In this document: piece after piece, positions 7,505-13,462 of the stretch
Position numbering within the stretch: position 1 is the first letter of the stretch
How the letters are laid out: each line of letters starts with the position of its first letter
Source of the DNA: Gemmatimonadota bacterium
GTDB lineage: Bacteria; Gemmatimonadota; Gemmatimonadetes; Gemmatimonadales; Gemmatimonadaceae
DNA: 14,035 nucleotides
Assembly: GCA_031372565.1 (NCBI GenBank)
Contig: JANMLN010000190.1
Span: 1-14,035, forward strand
Direction: 5' to 3'
Translations under genes and position numbers: made by a program
The notes under the pieces: model-generated
What the model was told of the DNA's origin: nothing
The model's input: the letters and a program-made list of their open reading frames with translations, nothing else
Database searches by the model: none

Positions 7505-8289
7505 GAGTTGCCCGCCTCGCGGGACCAGCGGAAGAACATCACGGTCATGATGCCGAACACGATGGCCGAGCCGGCGAGTTCCATGATGCCGCCTGCCAGC
7601 TTGATGTCATCCATCGCGCTCAGCCCCGACATCGGCGGAGCGAGCTCGTAGATCGCGTACATCGGATAGTCGCGGATCAGCATGGCGATCGCGATGCCGG
7701 TGTGGAAGATGGTGCCGAGAAAGAGATACAGGAGCTTCGAGCCGCCGCCGAACCAGGGGCGCACGGGCACCGCGACCACCACCGGCCACCAGAAGGCGAG
7801 CCCGCCCAGCAGCCAGAAGGCATCGATGGCGAACGCGCCGAGTTGGCTCGTCATCCAGCCGTCAACAACGGCCGGCACGTGCGTCGAGATCGTCACGAGA
7901 TTGAACAGCACGGCGGCTGCCAGCGGCGCGGTCACCGCGTTGACGACGCGACCCACGGGCCGCTCGGCGCTGGTGGACCACCAGGCGACGATCCCCTCGC
8001 GCGCGCCGAGGAGCAACAGTGGCGGCGCGATCAGCGCGACCAGCAGAAACTGCAACGCATGCGCGCTCGCGAGGTAACCGGCCGCCAGGGGCCCGAGTGG
8101 CCAGTCGAGCGCCGTCCAGATCGTGGCGACGCCCAGCCAGCCGGCGGCGCGGTGCGACGGGGACGTTCCGTCATCGCGTGTGAGCCGGTGGTACGTGAAC
8201 GCGACGATCGCGACCACGAGCCAGACGCCGGGATACGCCGTCCACGCCCAGGTCCACGCCTTGTTGCTTGCCGAGCACCAGAATTGCAT
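7501..8289 (-). CDS. ctaG: Caa3_CtaG-like cytochrome c oxidase assembly factor (polytopic membrane protein), divergent
   Basis: About 7 hydrophobic segments; ALDWPLGPLAAGYLASAHALQFLL..LIAPPLLLLG, H.P (STHVPAVVD), GLAFWWP, YPMY.IY and DD.KLAGGIM correspond to the Bacillus-type CtaG pattern. Confidence 0.78.
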   Translation of the reverse strand: MQFWCSASNKAWTWAWTAYPGVWLVVAIVAFTYHRLTRDDGTSPSHRAAGWLGVATIWTALDWPLGPLAAGYLASAHALQFLLVALIAPPLLLLGAREGIVAWWSTSAERPVGRVVNAVTAPLAAAVLFNLVTISTHVPAVVDGWMTSQLGAFAIDAFWLLGGLAFWWPVVVAVPVRPWFGGGSKLLYLFLGTIFHTGIAIAMLIRDYPMYAIYELAPPMSGLSAMDDIKLAGGIMELAGSAIVFGIMTVMFFRWSREAGNS

Positions 8290-8301
8290 GTGGGAATTCT
8301 A
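8290..8301 (-). promoter_or_regulatory. Candidate internal leaderless promoter for the ctaG-like gene: TAGAAT-N6-ATG
   Basis: The minus strand reads TAGAAT (8301-8296), then TCCCAC, then ATG (8289). No SD. The TAG is also the stop codon of the PCu(A)C gene. Confidence 0.5.
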
Positions 8302-8769
8302 GCGGAGCGGGGGCGCGGCGGTGTCGACGTCGGCGTACGCGATCACGTGCGCCTGGACCAGGCGATCGCCCGCGCGGGCGAACCGGAAGGTGACCACGAC
8401 CGAGTCGCCGCGCGCGAGGCTGGCGAGGCCCATCAGCATGCCGTGCCGCCCGCCCGGAGCCAGTCGCTCCGTGGCACCCGCCGCCACCGGGAGCGCGTCG
8501 AGGGTCGCCATCCCGGGCATCGTACCGTGCAGCATCACCGATGGCGATGCCGATGTGGCGATCGTGCGCAAGGTGTCTGCGGTGGGTGACGCATTCGTGA
8601 TCGTCGCGTACAGCGCTGCTGGCGACTGACCAGCCGGCAGCACGATGAACACGCGGGTGACCGCGACACCGGAGGCACTGGGCGTGGTGCGCGACGCCCC
8701 GCGCCCCTCGCACGCGGCAACCAGGACGAGCGCGAGCGTCACGCACGCGCGGCGGCCGCCGGCGCTCAC
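8299..8769 (-). CDS. PCu(A)C family periplasmic copper chaperone, probable lipoprotein (156 aa)
   Basis: AALYATITN...D.L; Cu-ligand motif H-X5-M-X21-H-X-M (8529-8437) including LAPGGRHGMLMGL; L..GD.V.VTFRF..AG. Start reassigned to GTG 8769, which forms a GTGA overlap with the SCO stop and gives the signal MSAGGRRACVTLALVLVAA-C. Confidence 0.88.
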   Translation of the reverse strand: MSAGGRRACVTLALVLVAACEGRGASRTTPSASGVAVTRVFIVLPAGQSPAALYATITNASPTADTLRTIATSASPSVMLHGTMPGMATLDALPVAAGATERLAPGGRHGMLMGLASLARGDSVVVTFRFARAGDRLVQAHVIAYADVDTAAPPLR

Positions 8770-9419
8770 GACGTGCCGGTCACGCGCTGCAGGAGCGTGG
8801 GCGGGCGTCCGACCAGCCGCGGCAGCACCTCGGCCCACTCTTTCTGCCGGACGCCGAACGGGAAGATGAAGCGCGCCGTGTCGTCGGGCTGCAAGACGAT
8901 GACCTGCGCGCCGTGGCCGACTTCGTACGACCCGTCCGGATTGCGCGCGCCAAACATCGCCGGCGCGACCTGCAGGCGTGCGGACAGCCGCGTGACGTCA
9001 TCGACGGAGCCGGTGAGTCCGACGAAGCTCGAGTCGAAGGTCGACAGCCACGCGCGCAGCACGGGGAGCGAGTCACGCACCGGGTCGGTCGTGACGAACA
9101 CGAGCGTGGATCGCGCACGTTCTTCGAAGGTCAGCGTCTGCAGGGCCGCCGCAATGTTCGCCACGTGCACGGGGCAGACATCGGGACAGTGCGTGTAGCC
9201 GAACAGGAGGAAGGTGAGCTTCCCGCGGGTACGCGTCTGGAAGTCGAACGGGCGGCCGTCCGTGGCCGTGAGCGTGAACGCAGGCCGTGCGATGGGGGCG
9301 GGCAGCGGCACCGCCGGGCCGACCGACCCGCTGGGGCGATCGCTTTGGGCACAGCCGCTGGCCACGAGTGCCAGCACGAGCAGGCGCCAGCGCTGGGTGA
9401 TGCGGGCCGATCGGTGCAT
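8766..9419 (-). CDS. sco: SCO1/SenC family copper-binding protein, probable lipoprotein
   Basis: FTLTATDG; FGYTHCPDVCP (CxxxC at 9188-9174); FVTTDPVRD; FVGLTG; YEVGH (third Cu ligand His); lipobox-like LVASG-C. Confidence 0.93.
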   Translation of the reverse strand: MHRSARITQRWRLLVLALVASGCAQSDRPSGSVGPAVPLPAPIARPAFTLTATDGRPFDFQTRTRGKLTFLLFGYTHCPDVCPVHVANIAAALQTLTFEERARSTLVFVTTDPVRDSLPVLRAWLSTFDSSFVGLTGSVDDVTRLSARLQVAPAMFGARNPDGSYEVGHGAQVIVLQPDDTARFIFPFGVRQKEWAEVLPRLVGRPPTLLQRVTGTS

Positions 9420-9431
9420 GCGCGAAATATA
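9420..9431 (-). promoter_or_regulatory. Candidate leaderless promoter for sco: TATATT-N6-ATG
   Basis: The minus strand reads TATATT (9431-9426), then TCGCGC, then ATG (9419). No SD. This is an AT-rich island in GC-rich DNA. Confidence 0.55.
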
Positions 9432-9491
9432 GCGATGGCCGAGCAGCGCACCGTGCGCCGTGCGAGCGAATTCGGAGGCTGGCGATGTCGT

Positions 9492-10421
9492 TCAGGACGC
9501 GCGGTTCGGCACGCGCGTCTTGATCCACGCCACCGCGGCCTCGATCGCGTCGCGCGCTTCGGGCAGGTACGGCGTGAACAGCTGCCAGACGTGCGGCACG
9601 CCGGGCCAGCGGCGGAACGTCGCGTCTCCACCGGCGGCCGCGACCGACTGTGCAAGTCGCTCGGCATCCGAGAGCAGGACTTCGTCCGCACTCGCCTGGA
9701 TGCAGAGCGGAGGCAGGCCGGCGTGCGACGCGTAGTGTGGCGATGCGAGCGGATGGGTGGCGGGCGTTTGCTGCAGGTAGGCCAGCGCCGTGGGTGCGAC
9801 ACCGGCGCCGACGAACATCGCGTCGCGTCCATCGTTGGTGCGGATCGACGCACCGGTCGCGGCCAGATCGGTCCACGGCGAGAAGAGCAGGCCGCCCGCG
9901 AAGGCAGGCTTGCCGGCGTCGCGGCGCGCCACCAGCAGCGCGAGCGCGAGTCCGCCACCGGCGGAATCACCGGCGACGATCGTGCGCGCCGGATCCACCC
10001 CCTGGGACGCCAGCCAGTCGGCAGCCGCCATCGCGTCGTCGAGGGCCGCGGGGAAGGGATGCTCCGGTGCCAGACGATAGGCGGGCGCGAAGACGCGCGA
10101 GCGCGCCTGATTCGACAGGGCGCACGTCACGGCGCGATGGGTCTCCTCGGTGCACGCGATGTACGCCCCACCGTGGAGGTAGAGAATCGTGCGGCCATCC
10201 TCGACGATGCCATCGAGTGGCAGCACCCACTCGCCGCGTACGGGCGCGTCGGTCACCTTGCTGATGCGCGCGCGCCGAGCGCGTCGTTCGCGCATCCAGC
10301 GCGGTTGCCCGAGGACGCGCCGCACGAGGCGCACGCCATCCATGCCGGGTTGCACATCCTGAAGCCGGCGGCGGATCAGGTAACGGACCAGGGCGTTGGT
10401 GACCACGGCCTGCCAGCTCAT
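9492..10421 (-). CDS. Alpha/beta hydrolase, hormone-sensitive-lipase (family IV) esterase
   Basis: LYLHGGAY oxyanion motif; YRLAPEHPFPAALDD; nucleophile GDSAGG; LFSPWTDL; acid in DEVLLSD; catalytic His in GVPHVWQ. ATGA overlap with the SDR stop at 10418-10421. Confidence 0.93.
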   Translation of the reverse strand: MSWQAVVTNALVRYLIRRRLQDVQPGMDGVRLVRRVLGQPRWMRERRARRARISKVTDAPVRGEWVLPLDGIVEDGRTILYLHGGAYIACTEETHRAVTCALSNQARSRVFAPAYRLAPEHPFPAALDDAMAAADWLASQGVDPARTIVAGDSAGGGLALALLVARRDAGKPAFAGGLLFSPWTDLAATGASIRTNDGRDAMFVGAGVAPTALAYLQQTPATHPLASPHYASHAGLPPLCIQASADEVLLSDAERLAQSVAAAGGDATFRRWPGVPHVWQLFTPYLPEARDAIEAAVAWIKTRVPNRAS

Positions 10422-11284
10422 GCGCCCCCGTTGCGCCGCCCGGTCTGGCGTGCGACCTCGGCATCGAACTTGGCAGGATCCCAGACCGCCCGAATACCGG
10501 CCCAGTAGCCCGCAGGCCGTACGCGCTGCAAGAGGTCGAGCCCGACCGCATCCACACCAACGAGGATGCGCTTCTTGTTCGCGAGAATGCCACGCACGAT
10601 GATGTCGGCCGCCTCGGCGGGTGAGGTGCGTGCGACCGAGCGGAACTTCTCCGCGTACATCGCCTTGGCCGCCTCCGGCACATTGTCGTGATAGCGCGCG
10701 CGCGCGGCGATGTTCGTGTCGATCCCACCGGGATGGATCACGGACACCCGGATCTTCGTGCCCTCGAGTTCATGCCGGAGCACTTCGCTCAGTCCACGCA
10801 CGGCGAACTTGGAGGCGCTGTATGCCGCCTGCCCCGCCGGGGCCACGATGCCGAAGATGCTCGATGTGTTGGCGATGTGCGCGTCAGGCTCTGCCTTGAG
10901 CATCGGCAGGAACGCCTTGAGGCCGTACAGCACGCCCCAGAAGTTGATGCCGAAGAGCCACTCGAAGTCCTCGATGGTGTGCGCGTCGAAGGTGCCATGC
11001 ACCGCAACACCGGCATTGTTGATGAGCACGCCCACGCGGCCGTGGGCCGCCACGGCTTCGGACGCCCATCGATCAACGTCTGCACGTTGGCTCACGTCGA
11101 CATGATGTGTCGTGACGGTGACCCCCGTCGCGCGTGCCGCATCGGCGGCAGAGGCGAGGTCGTCAGCGCGAATGTCGGCGAGTGCGAGATGCGCTCCCTC
11201 TGCGGCAAGGCGAGCCGCGAGTGCCCGTCCGATGCCCGAGGCGGCTCCGCTCAGGGCGACGACGCGACCACGCAGCTGCGTCAT
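10418..11284 (-). CDS. Classical short-chain dehydrogenase/reductase (probably NAD-preferring)
   Basis: SGAASGIG cofactor motif; LADI (acidic residue after beta2); LINNAG; NTSS; catalytic YSASK; IHPGGIDT. SD-like GAGGGGG about 7 nt upstream of ATG 11284. Confidence 0.94.
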   Translation of the reverse strand: MTQLRGRVVALSGAASGIGRALAARLAAEGAHLALADIRADDLASAADAARATGVTVTTHHVDVSQRADVDRWASEAVAAHGRVGVLINNAGVAVHGTFDAHTIEDFEWLFGINFWGVLYGLKAFLPMLKAEPDAHIANTSSIFGIVAPAGQAAYSASKFAVRGLSEVLRHELEGTKIRVSVIHPGGIDTNIAARARYHDNVPEAAKAMYAEKFRSVARTSPAEAADIIVRGILANKKRILVGVDAVGLDLLQRVRPAGYWAGIRAVWDPAKFDAEVARQTGRRNGGA

Positions 11285-11400
11285 GCGCGTGCCCCCTCGG
11301 CGTGGGGGGCGACCTGATCGTGATCGGACGAGCGGCGTGCGCGTGCGACGCCTCCGTCGGCGGTATCGGCGATGCGGGGGGAGCGCGGAGTCTCGGACAT
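11281..11400 (-). other. Possible 39-codon small ORF coupled to the SDR (uORF or gene remnant); uncertain
   Basis: ATG 11400 to TGA, overlapping the SDR start as ATGA (11281-11284). Most third codon positions are G/C. No recognisable motif and no SD. Confidence 0.2.
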
Positions 11401-11494
11401 GATCGTCGCGGTGATGGCGGACAGCGGGAGATCACAAGGTCGATGCGGTACACGATGCCGGCAAGCGGCGCAGGCCGAGCGCACGACGGCCGAC

Positions 11495-11506
11495 TATCTT
11501 GCGCGC
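11495..11506 (+). promoter_or_regulatory. Candidate leaderless promoter: TATCTT-N6-ATG
   Basis: TATCTT (11495-11500), GCGCGC, then ATG (11507). No SD. This ATG begins a clean signal peptide. Confidence 0.55.
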
Positions 11507-12838
11507 ATGTGGGCCCTGATCCTTCGCCATGGAACACTGGGGGCGCGGACCGTCGCCCTCGCGGCGGCCGCGTGCCTGCTGTGGGCCTGTGAGGCCACGG
11601 CGCAGGGCGGCGTGGATGCGCAGTCCCGCAAGGCGCGAGCGGATTCGATTCGGCGCGCGCAGCGCATTGCCGGGAAGGGCACCCCTGCCGCCGTTGCGCC
11701 TGCGCCGGTCGCGCCCGTGGCCCCCAAAGGGGCGCCTGCGCGCGCCGCGCTGAAGCAATCGCCGGCCGCCCGCACGCGCGCCTCAGCGCCACGAGCGAAG
11801 GCCGCCGTCACGCCGCCCCCCCCCGCGATCGTTCCCTCGACGCCCGTGGTGGCTGCGCCAGTTCCCAAGTCGGTCGCGCCCGCGGTCGCGCCTGCCGCCG
11901 CGCCTGCGACTCCTGTCGCATCGACGCCGGCGCCCGTCGTGACCGCACCGGCCGTGAATCAGGCGCCGTCGTCTCCGGTCGTCGTGCCGCCACCGCCCGC
12001 GGCCGCCCCTCAGCGCCGCTTTTCTGCGCGAGAAACAGACTCGCTCCGTTCCCGTTGGACCGTGGAAGAACCGGTCGTGTGGGTCGCGTCACCGCTGTCG
12101 CGCCGCGTGTCGCCCGGTCTGGGTTTCGCGACGCCGTCCGGGTACGGTCCTGCTTGGGGCGATTTCTTCATGAGCGTCAGCTATCAGGCGCGGACCCGTT
12201 TCACCCAGCGACAAGACGGCGCGCTTGGCGTCGGGATGGGGCTGGGTGATCCGGTCGGCGGCCTGGGCGGCGAACTCGTCTACTCGTCGTTCGGGACGTC
12301 GCGCAGCGGACTCTTTTCCAACGGCACGCTCTCGGCACGTGCGCACCGGATCATTCGCGGCTACGGCATCTCGGCTGGGCTCGAGAACGTCGTGGCGATC
12401 GGGCGCCAGACGTCGGCCGGACCCGATGGCGGTCGGAGCTTCTTCGTGGCCGTGAGCCAGATGCGTCGGCTCTTCGACAGCGACAGCGTCGCGCAGGTCG
12501 AGTCCTCCGGCACGCAGGAACTGATGTGGACGCTGGGACTCGGTGACGGCCGTTTTCGGCGCGAGGCCGACGTCGCCGCCAGCAAGGTCACGGTGAATGC
12601 GTTCGCGTCGGTGGGGTATAGCTTCTCGCAGCGCTTTGCCGCGATCGTGGACTACACCGGTCAGGACGTGGCGGTGGCCCTGAGCGTGGCCCCCTTCCAG
12701 TGCGTGCCACTTGTGATTACGCCCGGATTTGCCGATATCACGGGAAGCGCCGGTGACGGCGCCCGTTTCGTCGTCGCGATCGGTCTTTCGACCCGGTTCG
12801 ATCGCAACGCGTTCTTCCGACGTCCCTGTTCGCGCTGA
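11507..12838 (+). CDS. Hypothetical exported protein: signal peptide, Pro/Ala-rich stalk, C-terminal predicted outer-membrane beta-barrel-like domain
   Basis: MWALILRHGTLGARTVALAAAACLLWACEATA/Q; P/A/V low-complexity region at about 11680-12010; then Gly/aromatic-rich alternating amphipathic strands (FFMSVSYQ, GALGVGMGLGD, LGGELVYS, ISAGLEN, SFFVAVSQ, WTLGLGDG, AFASVGYSF, AIVDYTG, FVVAIGLS). ATG 11507 is preferred over the track's 11372. Confidence 0.7.
   Translation: MWALILRHGTLGARTVALAAAACLLWACEATAQGGVDAQSRKARADSIRRAQRIAGKGTPAAVAPAPVAPVAPKGAPARAALKQSPAARTRASAPRAKAAVTPPPPAIVPSTPVVAAPVPKSVAPAVAPAAAPATPVASTPAPVVTAPAVNQAPSSPVVVPPPPAAAPQRRFSARETDSLRSRWTVEEPVVWVASPLSRRVSPGLGFATPSGYGPAWGDFFMSVSYQARTRFTQRQDGALGVGMGLGDPVGGLGGELVYSSFGTSRSGLFSNGTLSARAHRIIRGYGISAGLENVVAIGRQTSAGPDGGRSFFVAVSQMRRLFDSDSVAQVESSGTQELMWTLGLGDGRFRREADVAASKVTVNAFASVGYSFSQRFAAIVDYTGQDVAVALSVAPFQCVPLVITPGFADITGSAGDGARFVVAIGLSTRFDRNAFFRRPCSR
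11680..12010 (+). repeat. Pro/Ala/Val-rich low-complexity coding tract (imperfect APV/PAV/TPV units)
   Basis: TPAAVAPAPVAPVAP...TPPPPAIVPSTPVVAAPVPKSVAPAVAPAAAPATPVASTPAPVVTAPAV...VVVPPPPAAAP. Boundaries are approximate. Confidence 0.7.
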
Positions 12839-12847
12839 GGCTCCACC

Positions 12848-13462
12848 ATGCGCCTGCTGCCACTCACACTGTTCGCCGTCGCGATGCCTCTCGGCCTCGG
12901 CGCCCAGTCGCGTTCCGCGTCCGACATTTCCGGGAGTACGGTGACCTCGGCGGCTGTGCTCGGCGGTAGCTACGTACCGGGCGTTGGACTTCGGCCGGTT
13001 CCGGTGACGTCCAGCCAGTTCGACCCCGCGTCGGCGGCGCGGATTCGCGGCGCGGTCACGGCGCTCGAGAATCAGATCACCCAGGGTGAGTTGGTCGGCC
13101 CGACTGGCGCGCGCATCGAGCCCGCGGGGCAGCTCGCACTGCTGGGTGTCCTCAAGGCGGCGACCACCGGCGCCGGCTTGTCGCCGCAGGCGGTGCGTGA
13201 TGTGTTCGCCGCCGGCGTGCCGAAGAACGTGGCCTTGGCCATCCAACTGGTCGTGGCACTGGTCGACATGGGTACGACGCCGACCCCGATCGCGGTGGCG
13301 AGGGCTGCCCGTGCGCTCAACGCGTACGTGGCGGAGGCGGAGCCGGCATTCCTCGCCAATCCGCCCGGTGAGTTTGCGGCAGCCCACGCCGTGATCTCTC
13401 GCTACGTGGCGGCCGCGACGCAGGAAACGCCAGATACTCGCAGCGCGCTGGCCTCGCCGTGA
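12848..13462 (+). CDS. Hypothetical secreted Ala-rich, probably alpha-helical protein (204 aa)
   Basis: GAGG at 12837-12840 before ATG; signal peptide MRLLPLTLFAVAMPLGLGA/Q; amphipathic helical pattern; 9 nt after the previous stop; GTGA overlap with the next gene. Confidence 0.75.
   Translation: MRLLPLTLFAVAMPLGLGAQSRSASDISGSTVTSAAVLGGSYVPGVGLRPVPVTSSQFDPASAARIRGAVTALENQITQGELVGPTGARIEPAGQLALLGVLKAATTGAGLSPQAVRDVFAAGVPKNVALAIQLVVALVDMGTTPTPIAVARAARALNAYVAEAEPAFLANPPGEFAAAHAVISRYVAAATQETPDTRSALASP

Noticed and set aside
8770..8838. Track's longer N-terminus for the PCu(A)C ORF (start 8838)
   Set aside because: It would overlap sco by 73 nt and bury the signal peptide. GTG 8769 gives a standard GTGA overlap.
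8913..10508. 531-aa plus-strand ORF and other alternative-frame ORFs over sco and the esterase
   Set aside because: Shadows of well-supported minus-strand genes, with low-complexity Arg/Ala/Gly translations.
11410..11436. GGTGAT...ATCACA inverted repeat resembling a CRP/FNR site in the divergent intergenic region
   Set aside because: The half-sites are separated by 15 nt or more, far from the spacing CRP/FNR require.
11372..11506. Track's longer N-terminus for the barrel-like protein (start 11372)
   Set aside because: It places 45 non-signal residues ahead of the signal peptide. ATG 11507 fits both the signal peptide and the -10 geometry.
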